Shown piece by piece: positions 1 through 9,798 of a DNA stretch of 32,000 nt; position 1 is the stretch's first letter, and every line of letters begins with the position of its first letter. The notes under the pieces were generated by a model that did no database searches, was not told where the DNA came from, and saw only the letters and a list, made by a program, of their open reading frames with translations. Both the position numbers and the translations under genes were made by a program. The stretch is from assembly GCF_000195975.1 (NCBI RefSeq), contig NC_005070.1, forward strand, positions 60,001-92,000, given 5' to 3'. Source of the stretch: Parasynechococcus marenigrum WH 8102 (GTDB lineage: Bacteria; Cyanobacteriota; Cyanobacteriia; PCC-6307; Cyanobiaceae).

Positions 1-195
1 CGCTGCCTTGCGGCTGCTGTCAGCTGCCTGGCCCCGATTGCCCTGGCTGTCCACCAGCTCTTCATCCAGGATCTCGTTGCAGAGATCGATGCACTCATCG
101 CAGATGTACACGCCCGGTCCGGCGATCAACTTGCGCACTTGGTCCTGGGACTTCCCGCAGAAGGAGCACTTCAGATGGGCATCAAACTTGGCCAT
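1..195 (-). CDS. clpX: ATP-dependent Clp protease ATP-binding subunit ClpX, N-terminal part only (gene runs off the left edge)
   Basis: Not in the ORF track because it is open to the window edge. My reverse-complement translation from the ATG at 195 gives [47 protein letters not shown]. This is the CxxC...CxxC zinc-binding N-domain of ClpX. It lies directly downstream of clpP, as in the canonical clpP-clpX pair. Confidence 0.9.
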   Translation of the reverse strand, partial: MAKFDAHLKCSFCGKSQDQVRKLIAGPGVYICDECIDLCNEILDEELVDSQGNRGQAADSSRKAA

Positions 196-276
196 CGAAC
201 GCCGGGGACATCAAGAGAACAGGAAGCGACCGGGCGGTCTCCCTGGAACTCAGGATCGGGACAGGAGAGCGGCTTG

Positions 277-900
277 TCAGCCCTCCGTAACGATTCCTTC
301 GCCCCCGGAGCTGTCCACCACCCGATCGATCAGGCCGTATTGAACCGCTTCTGCCGGGGAAAGGAAGTAGTCGCGATCGGTGTCTTCAGCGATCTTGTCC
401 AGGGGCTGACCGGTGTGGTCGGCCATCAGACCATTGAGCGTTTCCTTGAGGAAGAGGATCTCCTTGGCCTGGATCTCGATATCAACGGCCTGGCCCTGGG
501 CGCCGCCAAGGGGTTGGTGGATCATGATCCGGGCGTTGGGCAGAGCCAGGCGCTTGCCTTTGCAGCCTCCAGACAGCAGGAAGGCACCCATGCTCGCTGC
601 CAGGCCGTAGCAGATGGTCACCACATCAGGGGCCACCTGCTGCATCGTGTCGTAGATGGCCAGGCCCGCCGTCACCGAACCCCCCGGGGAGTTGATGTAG
701 ATCTGAATGTCCTTCTCGGGGTCCTCGGCTTCGAGGAACAGCATCTGGGCCACAAGGGCATCGGCAACGGCGTCATCCACGCCGGTGCCGAGAAAGATGA
801 TCCGTTCCCTGAGCAGCCTTGAGTAGATGTCGAAGGCGCGGTCTCCACGACCGGACTGTTCCACCACGGTCGGCAACGGGCCTGGGGCAGAGATGGGCAT
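277..900 (-). CDS. clpP: ATP-dependent Clp protease proteolytic subunit ClpP
   Basis: ORF 277..951. ClpP hallmarks are present: [26 protein letters not shown], and the catalytic-Ser context [12 protein letters not shown] place the start at the internal Met (MPISAPG, nt 900). The 17 upstream codons look like non-conserved extension, so the start is uncertain between 900 and 951. Confidence 0.93.
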
Positions 901-994
901 CTCAGCCCGCCAGCGGTTCTGGATCGGGTGATGGCTGCGGGCGTCGATCACGCGCTTGCTGTCCTTTTGCGTGGGATCAATCTATGGGCCCTGT

Positions 995-2413
995 TCAAGC
1001 CTCGGCGTCCGTTTTGGACTTGGCGGGCGTTTTCTTCTTCGCGGCGGGCTTTTTCTTGGCAGCTGGCTTCTCGGCGTCGTCGGCATCATCCGCCGCCGGT
1101 GCCTGTTCGGTGAGCGTGCTGTTCTCCTCCAGCCAGCTCATCAGCTGCTCCTGAATCAAGTCATCCATCACCGCCTGGCGCAGGCGCTGCGGGTCGATCT
1201 TGGCGTCTGCAGCCAGCTCTTTTTTCACCTCTTTGATCTTGGCGTCCACGGCGTCGTCCTCCACCGAGATCCCTTCGGCTTCCGCCAGAGCGGTGAGGGC
1301 AAAGCTGCGGCGCAGACGCTCCTCGGCTTCGGGCCGTGAATTCTGCATCAGGTTGCGCACCAGGTCTGGGGTGAACAGCGATTTCACATCCATGCCCTGC
1401 TGGGCGAACTGTGCAGCGGTCTGCTCCAGCAGATTGCGGCTCTCCTGTTGGATCAGGGCCTCTGGCAGTTCCACTTCCAACTGCTCCACCAAGGCGCCAA
1501 TCAGGGCATCGCGGCGGTTGCTGGTCTGGCGACGTTCGGCGTCGTCCTTGAGCCGTTGTTCCAGCTCCTGACGCAGCTCCGCCAGGGTCTCCTGTTCGCT
1601 GGCCTGCTTGGCGAAGGCGTCATTCAGCTCCGGCAGCTCGCGGGTTTTGAGGTCCTTTAGCTCGATCTCGAAGGCCGCCTTGCGGCCGCGGGCATCCTCC
1701 TTGGGATAGTCATCCGGGAACTGGCAGTCGACGGTTTTGCTGTCGCCCACTGCCATGCCGATCACCCCTTCGATGAAGCCGGGGATCATCCGGCCATGCT
1801 CGAGGTCCACATCCATGGAGTCGGCGCTGCCGCCTTCGATCTCCGAGCCGTCATCGCTGTAGGTGCCCTTGAACCCGAGCACGGCGATGTCGCCCTGTTC
1901 GGCTGCGCGGCCCTCGACCGGCACCACCGTGGCCAGTTGCTTGCGGGAGTCCTCCAGCATTTCGTCCACTTTGGCGGCGTCGTAAGCCACCGGTTCAAAG
2001 CTGGCTTTCAGCCCTTTGGTGCTTTTGAGCTTGGGCGTAGGGGCAACATCCGCCTCGAGGGTGATCGTGACGGCTTCGCCGGGTGTGAAGGAATCCAGCA
2101 GACCTTCGAAGCCACCGCTGAGTTCCGGCTGGCTGATCGGTTCGAGGGATTCCTGCTGGATGGCATCGCGCCAGGCGCCATCCACCATGGTTTCCAGGGC
2201 AGAGGCCTTGATCCGTACGGCACCAAGCTGCTGAATCACCACCGTCCGCGGCACCTTGCCCTTGCGGAACCCCGGCAGGTTGATGCTGCGGCTGAGGCTG
2301 TTGATCGCGTCCTCGTAGCTGGTCTTGGTGCGCTCAGCCGGGACCGTCACGGTCACCGCCAGACGGCTGCCGGGGCGGCTTTCGGTGGTCACCTTCAAGG
2401 CGGCAGCGCTCAT
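995..2413 (-). CDS. tig: Trigger factor (ribosome-associated peptidyl-prolyl isomerase)
   Basis: ORF 995..2431. It carries the N-terminal ribosome-binding signature GFRKGKVP, a central FKBP-like region, and a Lys/Ala-rich C-terminal tail ([21 protein letters not shown]). The likely start is MSAAALKV at 2413. The tig-clpP-clpX order is classical. Confidence 0.92.
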   Translation of the reverse strand: MSAAALKVTTESRPGSRLAVTVTVPAERTKTSYEDAINSLSRSINLPGFRKGKVPRTVVIQQLGAVRIKASALETMVDGAWRDAIQQESLEPISQPELSGGFEGLLDSFTPGEAVTITLEADVAPTPKLKSTKGLKASFEPVAYDAAKVDEMLEDSRKQLATVVPVEGRAAEQGDIAVLGFKGTYSDDGSEIEGGSADSMDVDLEHGRMIPGFIEGVIGMAVGDSKTVDCQFPDDYPKEDARGRKAAFEIELKDLKTRELPELNDAFAKQASEQETLAELRQELEQRLKDDAERRQTSNRRDALIGALVEQLEVELPEALIQQESRNLLEQTAAQFAQQGMDVKSLFTPDLVRNLMQNSRPEAEERLRRSFALTALAEAEGISVEDDAVDAKIKEVKKELAADAKIDPQRLRQAVMDDLIQEQLMSWLEENSTLTEQAPAADDADDAEKPAAKKKPAAKKKTPAKSKTDAEA

Positions 2414-2541
2414 GGCGGAATTCAGAAACAACAGGCCAGCCCAACAGTTTAAGAAACGGTTGGCGATTCACCCTTCCCGGTAAGGTGTGGCCACGGTTCC
2501 AATGTGAACGTCACGATCTCCACGGGTGACGCATATTCGAT

Positions 2542-3600
2542 TTGAGCCGGCAGCCTGCTGTCCCGTTCACCCCCCGCTTGTCCTCGTCTTTTCCAGCCCG
2601 TCCCCTCAACGTTGCTGTTCTCGGCGCCAGTGGTGCGGTCGGTCAGGAGTTGCTTCTACTCCTAGAGGAACGCAACTTTCCGGTAGCTGAATTGAAGCTG
2701 CTGGCTTCGGCACGCTCCGCCGGCAGCACGCAGCAGTGGAACGGCCGCACGATCACCCTCGAGGAGGTGAACGCTGCGGCGTTTGAGGGAGTGGATCTTG
2801 TGCTGGCCTCCGCTGGCGGGTCGGTGTCGCGGCAGTGGCGTGACGCGATCACCGCCGCGGGTGCAGTGATGGTGGATAACTCCAGTGCCTTCCGCATGGA
2901 AGAGGGTGTTCCTCTGGTGGTGCCGGAGGTCAATCCCGATGCAGCGTTGGCCCACAACGGGGTGATCGCCAACCCCAACTGCACCACGATCCTGCTCACC
3001 CTCGCCCTGGCGCCTCTGGCCGCTAGACGCCCGATGCGACGGGTTGTGGTGAGTACCTATCAGTCCGCCAGCGGTGCCGGCGCCCGGGCGATGGAGGAGC
3101 TCAAAACCCTGTCGCAGACCGTGCTCGATGGAGGCACCCCCCAAGGAGAGGTGCTGCCCTACTCACTGGCCTTCAATCTGTTCCTGCACAACTCTCCGCT
3201 GCAGGCCAACAGCTACTGCGAGGAGGAGATGAAGATGGTGAACGAGACCCGCAAGATCATGGATCTGCCGGATCTCCGTTTCACGGCCACCTGCGTGCGT
3301 GTTCCGGTGCTGCGGGCCCATTCCGAGGCCGTCAACATCGAATTTGAGCAGCCGTTCCCGGTGGAGGAGGCGCGTTCTCTGTTGAGCGCGGCCCCTGGCG
3401 TTGAGTTGATCGAGGATCCGGCCACCAACCGCTTCCCCATGCCCACCGATGTCACGGGCCGGGATCCGGTTGCTGTGGGGCGCATCCGTCAGGACATCAG
3501 CGATCCGAACGCTCTGGAGTTGTGGCTCTGCGGTGATCAGATCCGCAAGGGAGCGGCCCTGAATGCCGTTCAGCTCGCCGAACTGCTGCTGCCGTCATGA
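2542..3600 (+). CDS. asd: Aspartate-semialdehyde dehydrogenase
   Basis: NAD(P)-binding motif [12 protein letters not shown] and the active-site Cys context IANPNCTT. The track start is a TTG; the real start may be a few codons downstream. Confidence 0.92.
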   Translation: MSRQPAVPFTPRLSSSFPARPLNVAVLGASGAVGQELLLLLEERNFPVAELKLLASARSAGSTQQWNGRTITLEEVNAAAFEGVDLVLASAGGSVSRQWRDAITAAGAVMVDNSSAFRMEEGVPLVVPEVNPDAALAHNGVIANPNCTTILLTLALAPLAARRPMRRVVVSTYQSASGAGARAMEELKTLSQTVLDGGTPQGEVLPYSLAFNLFLHNSPLQANSYCEEEMKMVNETRKIMDLPDLRFTATCVRVPVLRAHSEAVNIEFEQPFPVEEARSLLSAAPGVELIEDPATNRFPMPTDVTGRDPVAVGRIRQDISDPNALELWLCGDQIRKGAALNAVQLAELLLPS

Positions 3601-4505
3601 CTTCCCCCGCTGCCCTGTCTCCCACACCCTTTGGCCGCGTTGTCACGGCGATGGTCACGCCGTTTGATGATTCGGGTGCGGTGGATCTTCCCCTGGCGGG
3701 ACGCTTGGCTCGTCATCTTGTGGAGCAGGGTTCCGATGGCCTGGTGGTGAGCGGTACCACCGGTGAATCTCCCACCCTGAGCTGGCAGGAGCAGTTGCAG
3801 TTGCTGCAGGCCGTGCGTGAGGCGGTGGGTTCGGATGCCCAGGTGCTGGCTGGCACCGGCAGCAACTGCACCGCTGAGGCGGTCGAGGCCACCCGGCAAG
3901 CTGCCGCCGCCGGTGCCGATGGCGCGCTGGTGGTGGTTCCGTATTACAACAAACCCCCTCAGGACGGCCTGGCTGCTCATTTCCGTGCCATCGCCGAGGC
4001 AGCACCAGAACTGCCACTGATGCTCTACAACATTCCTGGGCGGACGGGATGCAGCATGGCGCCGGAGACGGTGGCGCAGCTGATGGACTGCCCCAACGTC
4101 GTCAGTTTCAAGGCCGCCAGTGGCACCACCGAGGAGGTCACGGCCCTGCGGCTGGCCTGCAGTTCGAAGCTTGCGATCTACAGCGGTGACGACGGCCTCA
4201 CCCTGCCGATGATCTCCGTTGGAGCCGTGGGTGTGGTGAGTGTGGCCAGTCATGTGGTCGGCCCCCAGATCCGCGCCATGATTGATGCCTACATGCAGGG
4301 CGACGCAGCCGTCGCCCTTGCCCTTCACGAACAGCTGCAGCCTGTGTTCAAGGCCCTGTTCGCCACCACCAATCCGATTCCGGTCAAAGCCGCGCTTCAA
4401 CTCAACGGCTGGTCCGTCGGCGATCCCCGTCCACCCTTGTCTCCCTTACCTGACGACATGAGATCAACCCTTGCCCAAACCATGGCTGCCCTTCGTCAGA
4501 CCTGA
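3597..4505 (+). CDS. dapA: 4-hydroxy-tetrahydrodipicolinate synthase
   Basis: Motifs VTAMVTPF and SGTTGES, and YNIPGRTG. The start overlaps the asd stop in ATGA (3597-3600), which indicates translational coupling. Confidence 0.93.
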   Translation: MTSPAALSPTPFGRVVTAMVTPFDDSGAVDLPLAGRLARHLVEQGSDGLVVSGTTGESPTLSWQEQLQLLQAVREAVGSDAQVLAGTGSNCTAEAVEATRQAAAAGADGALVVVPYYNKPPQDGLAAHFRAIAEAAPELPLMLYNIPGRTGCSMAPETVAQLMDCPNVVSFKAASGTTEEVTALRLACSSKLAIYSGDDGLTLPMISVGAVGVVSVASHVVGPQIRAMIDAYMQGDAAVALALHEQLQPVFKALFATTNPIPVKAALQLNGWSVGDPRPPLSPLPDDMRSTLAQTMAALRQT

Positions 4506-4555
4506 CGGTCCGGCTTAACGGCTTACGCAAACAGTTTTTTCAACAGGTTTCTTTC

Positions 4556-6592
4556 ATGGCAAACAACGCACGATCCGGGAAGGGGCAGGAGCCTTGCTTG
4601 CGGGTGATTCCCCTTGGGGGACTGCACGAAATCGGCAAGAACACCTGCGTGTTCGAGTACGGCGACGATCTGATGCTGGTGGATGCCGGCCTGGCGTTCC
4701 CCAGCGATGGCATGCACGGCGTGAACGTGGTGCTGCCGGACACCAGTTTTCTGCGGGAGAACCAGAAGCGGATCCGCGGCATGATCGTGACTCATGGTCA
4801 TGAAGACCACATCGGTGGCATCTCTCACCACCTCAAGCACTTCAACATCCCGGTGATCTACGGGCCCCGTCTGGCCCTGTCGATGCTCACTGGAAAGATG
4901 GAGGAGGCCGGCGTCTCCGACCGCACCACGCTGCAGACCGTCAGTCCCCGCGACGTGGTGAAGGTGGGCCAGCACTTCTCGGTGGAATTCATCCGCAACA
5001 CTCACTCCATGGCGGACAGCTACTCGCTGGCCATCAAAACCCCGGTGGGAACCATCATTTTCACCGGCGATTTCAAGTTCGATCACACCCCGGTCGATGG
5101 CGAGCATTTCGACATGGCCCGCCTCGCCCATCACGGTGAAGAGGGCGTGCTGTGCCTGTTCAGTGACTCCACCAATGCGGAAGTGCCGGGCTTCTGTCCC
5201 CCTGAGCGGTCGGTGTTCCCCAATCTCGATCGCCACATGGCCGCTGCCGAAGGCCGGGTGATCATCACCACCTTCGCCAGCTCGATCCACCGGGTGTCGA
5301 TGATCCTGGAGCTGGCCCTGAAGAATGGCCGCAAGGTGGGTCTGCTGGGTCGATCGATGCTCAACGTGATCGCCAAAGCCCGCGAACTGGGCTACATGCG
5401 CGCGCCAGATGAACTGTTTGTGCCGATCAAGCAGATCAACGATGTTCCTGATCGTGAAACCCTGCTGCTGATGACCGGCAGCCAGGGTGAACCCTTGGCA
5501 GCTTTGAGTCGAATTTCCAGGGGTGAGCACCCTCAGGTGCGGGTGAAGACCACGGACACGATCATCTTTTCGGCCAGCCCGATCCCCGGCAACACCATCT
5601 CCGTGGTGAACACGATCGACAAGCTGATGATGCTCGGTGCCAAGGTTGTCTACGGCAAGGGCGAGGGCATTCATGTGTCCGGCCATGGCTTCCAGGAAGA
5701 CCAGAAGCTGATGCTCGCCCTCACCAAGCCCAAGTTCTTCGTGCCCGTGCACGGTGAGCACCGGATGCTGGTGCAACACTCCAAGACCGGTCACGCCATG
5801 GGGGTGCCGGAGAACAACACCCTGATCATCGATAACGGTGATGTGGTGGAGCTGACGTCCGATTCGATCCGCAAGGGTGATCCGGTGAAGGCCGGCATTG
5901 AGCTGCTGGATCAATCCCGCAACGGCATTGTTGACGCCCGTGTGCTCAAGGAGCGTCAGCAGCTGGCGGAGGATGGCGTGGTGACGATCCTGGCGGCGAT
6001 CAGCACCGATGGCGCGATGGTGGCGCCGCCGCGGGTGAACCTGCGGGGGGTGGTGACCACCGCCGATGCCCGCAAGATGTCGCTCTGGACCGAGCGTGAA
6101 GTCACCTGGGTGCTGGAGAACAAGTGGAAGCAGCTCTGCCGCAACACCGGTGGCAAGGCACCGGAAGTGGATTGGATGGGTGTGCAGCGTGAGGTGGAGG
6201 TGGGCCTTGGCCGTCGCATGCGTCGCGAATTGCAGGTGGAGCCGTTGATCCTTTGTCTGGTGCAGCCCGCTCCCGGTGGCACGCCGGTGTACAAGGGTCG
6301 TGCCGATGCAGAACCCGATGACCGTCCGGCGCCTCGCGGTCGCCGTGGTGGTGGCGGACCCGGTCGCCGCAATGGCCACGGTGGTGCTGGTGGTGGCCAG
6401 GGTCGCAACACCCCAGCCCCCGTACGTACCAATGCTGCTCCTGCGGCAGCTGCGACGGCTGTGGTGGACAAGCCCGTTGTTCAAAAAGCTGTCGCGGCTC
6501 CAGCTGTCAGCCAGCCAGTGGCTTCGAAGGCTGAACCTGAACCGGAGATGCCGGCTGGTCGTACTCGCCGCCGCCGTTCGGCGGCCGCCTGA
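4556..6592 (+). CDS. rnj: Ribonuclease J (metallo-beta-lactamase/beta-CASP) with a ~109-aa low-complexity Arg/Gly/Pro/Ala C-terminal extension
   Basis: The N-terminus LRVIPLGGLHEIGKNTCVFEY, the HGHEDHIGG zinc motif, and the beta-CASP and C-terminal domains are all recognisable. The extra tail spans nt 6263-6592. Confidence 0.9.
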   Translation: MANNARSGKGQEPCLRVIPLGGLHEIGKNTCVFEYGDDLMLVDAGLAFPSDGMHGVNVVLPDTSFLRENQKRIRGMIVTHGHEDHIGGISHHLKHFNIPVIYGPRLALSMLTGKMEEAGVSDRTTLQTVSPRDVVKVGQHFSVEFIRNTHSMADSYSLAIKTPVGTIIFTGDFKFDHTPVDGEHFDMARLAHHGEEGVLCLFSDSTNAEVPGFCPPERSVFPNLDRHMAAAEGRVIITTFASSIHRVSMILELALKNGRKVGLLGRSMLNVIAKARELGYMRAPDELFVPIKQINDVPDRETLLLMTGSQGEPLAALSRISRGEHPQVRVKTTDTIIFSASPIPGNTISVVNTIDKLMMLGAKVVYGKGEGIHVSGHGFQEDQKLMLALTKPKFFVPVHGEHRMLVQHSKTGHAMGVPENNTLIIDNGDVVELTSDSIRKGDPVKAGIELLDQSRNGIVDARVLKERQQLAEDGVVTILAAISTDGAMVAPPRVNLRGVVTTADARKMSLWTEREVTWVLENKWKQLCRNTGGKAPEVDWMGVQREVEVGLGRRMRRELQVEPLILCLVQPAPGGTPVYKGRADAEPDDRPAPRGRRGGGGPGRRNGHGGAGGGQGRNTPAPVRTNAAPAAAATAVVDKPVVQKAVAAPAVSQPVASKAEPEPEMPAGRTRRRRSAAA

Positions 6593-7591
6593 TCAGCGGC
6601 GCCCGACCAGGGCCCGCAGCTGCTGGATCCATGACGGCCGCGGAGGTTCTTGTTGGACCTTCACTGCTGTCGGATCCGGCATGTTGATCTTGACTCGCAG
6701 AAGACTGCCGGCCAGGACCTCGAGGGGATCCTCCTCGGTGACCGCTGGTTCTGGTGTGGATTCCGGCACCAGCTCCGCTTCGAGGATGGGAATCTCTGTG
6801 GGTACGGGTGTTGGCTCCGGCGTGGGTTCAGGAGTTGGCTCCGGTGTGGGTTCAGGAGTTGGCTCAGGTGTGGCTTCAGGAGAGGGCTGAGGGGTCGGCT
6901 CTGGAGGAGCAGTTGGTTCGGGAGTTGTCGACTCCAGCCAGGGCATGGCTGTTGCTCTGGCAGTGGCTGTTGCTCTGGTGATCGAGGAGTTTGGAGCGCC
7001 CGAAGCGACGGGTTGATCCTTCAGAAACGGATCCCGCAGTATCTCCGGCAGTGGCTGTTGAGCCGTTGTCGCTTGGGATGGTTCCCCTGAAGACGCATCA
7101 GCTGGAGTTGGTTCTAGCTCTGAATGCGGCTCCGGCTGGCTGGTGACCGAGCTGCTCTGAAGACTGCGTTCCAGCCCTTGCTGCGCCAGTTCCGCCAGGG
7201 TCTCCTGGGGTTGGCTCACCAGCACCTGTCGGTAAAACACGACCGCTTGGGAGGGGTTGTTGTGCCCATAGAGCTCGATGTGGCCAAGCAACAGTGCCAC
7301 GAAAGCCCGCCAGCCCAGAACCGCAGCCTGAGCTTCTGGATCCTGCGGCTGATCCACCAGTTGTTCCAACAGCCCGCTGGCCAGGCGATGGGACTCGGCG
7401 TAGTCGCCCAGGCCGTAGGCCCTCTCGGCGTTCTGGTACTGCTGCTGGAAATCGCCGTCCACGCGCTGAGAGCGGTTGCTCCAGTTGTATCGCTGATCAG
7501 CTGTCGAGGGGGGAGGCACTGCCCTGAGCGGTGTGCTGCTCCTGGCCCCCCAAGCCGAAGCCGGCGTGAACGGCCTGCAGGGCTGCCACAC
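6593..7591 (-). CDS. Hypothetical protein: TPR-like N-terminal region plus (T/S)PEP proline-rich repeat linker
   Basis: ORF of 332 codons. The N-terminal part has helical TPR-like text (AERAYGLGDYAESHRLASGLLEQL...AVVFYRQVL). The middle is PEPTPQPSPEATPEPTPEPTPEPTPEPTPEPTPVPTE. The first 95 nt of the track ORF overlap the lysC 3' end, so the true start is probably an internal GTG (7519 or 7462). No family assignment is possible by eye. Confidence 0.6.
   Translation of the reverse strand: MWQPCRPFTPASAWGARSSTPLRAVPPPSTADQRYNWSNRSQRVDGDFQQQYQNAERAYGLGDYAESHRLASGLLEQLVDQPQDPEAQAAVLGWRAFVALLLGHIELYGHNNPSQAVVFYRQVLVSQPQETLAELAQQGLERSLQSSSVTSQPEPHSELEPTPADASSGEPSQATTAQQPLPEILRDPFLKDQPVASGAPNSSITRATATARATAMPWLESTTPEPTAPPEPTPQPSPEATPEPTPEPTPEPTPEPTPEPTPVPTEIPILEAELVPESTPEPAVTEEDPLEVLAGSLLRVKINMPDPTAVKVQQEPPRPSWIQQLRALVGRR
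6795..6914. repeat. In-frame 12-nt-period tandem repeat (about 10 units, GGNGTKGGYTCM) encoding (TPEP)n on the minus strand
   Basis: Read directly: ggtgttggctcc ggcgtgggttca ggagttggctcc ggtgtgggttca ggagttggctca ggtgtggcttca and so on. The two 24-nt blocks 6819-6842 and 6843-6866 differ at 2 positions. Confidence 0.85.
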
Positions 7592-9299
7592 CGTCCTGTT
7601 CGGCCACCACGCAGCTGGTGCGGATCTCGCTGGTGGCGATCAAGGCGATGTTGATGCCGGCATCGGCCAGGGCACGGAACATCCGGCCGGCTGTTCCCGG
7701 GGTGGCGGGCATGCCGGCGCCGACGGCGCTCACCCGGGCGATTGATTCGCCCTCTTCCAATGCCGCTCCGGGCCATTGCGCCAGCAGCGGTGCCAGGGCC
7801 ACATCAGCGCGGCTGCGGTCCTCCTTGCGCAGGATGAAACTGATGTCACGCGAGCCGTCCGTGTGTTGACGCTCCGATTGGACGATGGCATCGAGGCTGA
7901 TTCCCCGTTCCGCCAGGGCGGAACAAAGGGCAGCGGCGGTGCCGGGGCGGTCTGGTACGTGCCGGACAGATAGCTGGGCCTGGTCACGATCGAGGGCAAC
8001 CCCGCGCACTTCTGGCACGTCGCTAATGCTCAGATCGGGGTTGAGCTCCACCTGCGCGTCCGCCACATCGAAGGCCTCCTGCACCGCCTGAAGCGCCTTG
8101 CGGCCGGAGTCGGCATCGATCACGCAGCTCACCTTCACTTCGCTCGTGGCGATCAGGCGCAGGTTGATGCCCTGCTGTGAGAGGCAGTGGAATAAGCCGG
8201 CGGCGATGCCTGGGCGCCCCATGATTCCGGCGCCACTGATGCTCAGCTTGGTCATGCCGCCTTCAGCGGCCAGCTCGCCACCAAGGCTGTCCAGCACGGT
8301 CTGGCTGACGCTGCGGGCGGCCTCCAGATCAGCTTCCGCCACGGTGAAGGTGATGTCGTTGCTGCTGCCCTCGTGGGTGGACTGGATGATCAGATCCACG
8401 TTGATGCCAGCACCCGAGAGGGTTTCGAACAGGCGGGCGGCAATGCCGGGTTGATCGGGGATGTGCGACAGCGCGATCACCGCTTGATGGTCCATCTGCT
8501 CCACGCCATCGACAGGGCTGCCCAGTTCGAGCCCGGTCTGGTTGAGCGGCCGGCCGCGGCGGCTGGTGAGGCGGGTGCCGGGGGCTTCGCTCCAGCTGGA
8601 GCGCACCACCATCAGCACGCCGTAATTGCGGGCGATCTCCACCGCCCGGGGATGCAGCACAGAAGCACCGAGGCTGGCCAGCTCGAGCATTTCATCGCAG
8701 CTGATCTCATCCATCAGCTGGGCATCAGCCACCTTGCGGGGATCGGTGCTGAGCACCCCCGGCACATCGGTGTAGATCTCACAGGCATCGGCGTTCAAGG
8801 CTGCCGCCAGGGCGACGGCGGAGGTGTCGGAGCCGCCGCGGCCCAAGGTGGTGATCTCCGCCACACCGCCAATGCCGCTGCTGGTGCCCTGGAAGCCGGC
8901 CACCACCACCACACGGCCATCGGCCAAGTGGCCGCGGATGCGATCGGTGCGGATCTCGAGGATGCGGGCCCGGCCGTGAGTGGATTCGGTCACGATGCCC
9001 ACCTGGGGCCCTGTCATCGAGACAGCAGCAACCCCTTGTTGGTTCAGGGCCATGGCCAGCAGGGCAATGGACACCTGCTCGCCGCTGGCCAGCAGCATGT
9101 CCATCTCCCGTTGCTGTGGGGTGTCGGTGATGGCGGCCGCCAGTCCGGTGAGTTCATCGGTGGTGTGGCCCATGGCCGACACCACCACCACCACGTCGTG
9201 GCCCTCCTCGCGGCTGCGGCTGATCCGCTCGGCGACCGCCTGGATGCGCTCGACACTGCCGACGGAGGTGCCGCCGAACTTCTGCACCAGGAGGGCCAT
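7497..9299 (-). CDS. lysC: Aspartate kinase, long cyanobacterial form with duplicated ACT regulatory domains
   Basis: N-terminus MALLVQKFGGTSVGS (KFGGTS signature) and an amino-acid-kinase core. The 600-aa length reflects two tandem copies of the ACT-ACT regulatory module (ISGAGIMGRPGIAAGLF... and VSAVGAGMPATPGTAGRMF...). Confidence 0.93.
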   Translation of the reverse strand: MALLVQKFGGTSVGSVERIQAVAERISRSREEGHDVVVVVSAMGHTTDELTGLAAAITDTPQQREMDMLLASGEQVSIALLAMALNQQGVAAVSMTGPQVGIVTESTHGRARILEIRTDRIRGHLADGRVVVVAGFQGTSSGIGGVAEITTLGRGGSDTSAVALAAALNADACEIYTDVPGVLSTDPRKVADAQLMDEISCDEMLELASLGASVLHPRAVEIARNYGVLMVVRSSWSEAPGTRLTSRRGRPLNQTGLELGSPVDGVEQMDHQAVIALSHIPDQPGIAARLFETLSGAGINVDLIIQSTHEGSSNDITFTVAEADLEAARSVSQTVLDSLGGELAAEGGMTKLSISGAGIMGRPGIAAGLFHCLSQQGINLRLIATSEVKVSCVIDADSGRKALQAVQEAFDVADAQVELNPDLSISDVPEVRGVALDRDQAQLSVRHVPDRPGTAAALCSALAERGISLDAIVQSERQHTDGSRDISFILRKEDRSRADVALAPLLAQWPGAALEEGESIARVSAVGAGMPATPGTAGRMFRALADAGINIALIATSEIRTSCVVAEQDGVAALQAVHAGFGLGGQEQHTAQGSASPLDS

Positions 9300-9351
9300 T
9301 TATGCCGCTTCATATCGCTGGCGATTGTCTCACCGAGGCCGAGGCCTCCCG

Positions 9352-9798
9352 TCAGCGCAGGGGAGTGAGCTGCAGGCCTGCATTGCAGAAGCGCTCGAAA
9401 TCCCGGTCGAAGCTGAGCAGCCGCCAGCCACCTTGGATCGCCACGGCGGCCAGGTAGGCATCCATCCACAGTTTTGGGGCAGGACGCTGATGATCCGCCA
9501 GCTGCAGCCAGAGGTCGCTCACCTCTGCAGGCTCATCAGCCACCAGAATTCTGGGATGGGCTAACAGGATCTCCATTGAGGCTCGGGCATCGCGGTTGCT
9601 GAGCGCCGGGGAGCCATAAGCGCTATGCAGAGCTGGTGTTGCCATCAACCGCAGATAGCTCTGCTGGGTGGCGCGGCACCACAGCCAGTGATCGGAGCCT
9701 GGACTGTCTTGAAAGGCTTGGCGGGCCAGGGCATGGCCCGGATGGGCGTCGAAGCTGATTGCCAGCCACACATTCGTGTCAATCAGGGTGGCCGTCAT
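9352..9798 (-). CDS. vapC: PIN-domain ribonuclease toxin (VapC family)
   Basis: 148 aa. The N-terminal LIDTNVW supplies the first PIN acidic residue, and the C-terminal DAYLAAVA...LLSFDRDFERF supplies the distal acidic residues. It overlaps the upstream small antitoxin-like ORF by 20 nt. Confidence 0.8.
   Translation of the reverse strand: MTATLIDTNVWLAISFDAHPGHALARQAFQDSPGSDHWLWCRATQQSYLRLMATPALHSAYGSPALSNRDARASMEILLAHPRILVADEPAEVSDLWLQLADHQRPAPKLWMDAYLAAVAIQGGWRLLSFDRDFERFCNAGLQLTPLR

Noticed and set aside
4523-6484. 653-codon ORF antisense to rnj. Similar long antisense ORFs occur at 3570-4400 (dapA), 8373-9368 (lysC), 10287-10976 (holA), 11610-12452 (tilS), 14344-15015 (uvrB), 16449-17165 and 17538-18257 (mutS), 25571-27208 (secA), and 29411-30064 and 30678-31346 (GT/ST genes).
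   Set aside because: Each lies opposite a gene with unmistakable conserved motifs. Their translations are low-complexity and rich in Arg, Gly, His, Pro and Ala, with no recognisable domains. Long stop-free antisense frames are expected in DNA above 60% GC.
6795-6914. Possible CRISPR array or other non-coding repeat
   Set aside because: The 12-nt period has no spacers, stays in frame and encodes a (TPEP)n tract inside an ORF. No cas genes are present anywhere in the window.
9300-9351. gaggccgaggcctc palindrome as a terminator between vapC and lysC
   Set aside because: The stem would enclose a loop of at most 2 nt, which is sterically poor, and no U-tract follows. This is not enough to call a terminator.
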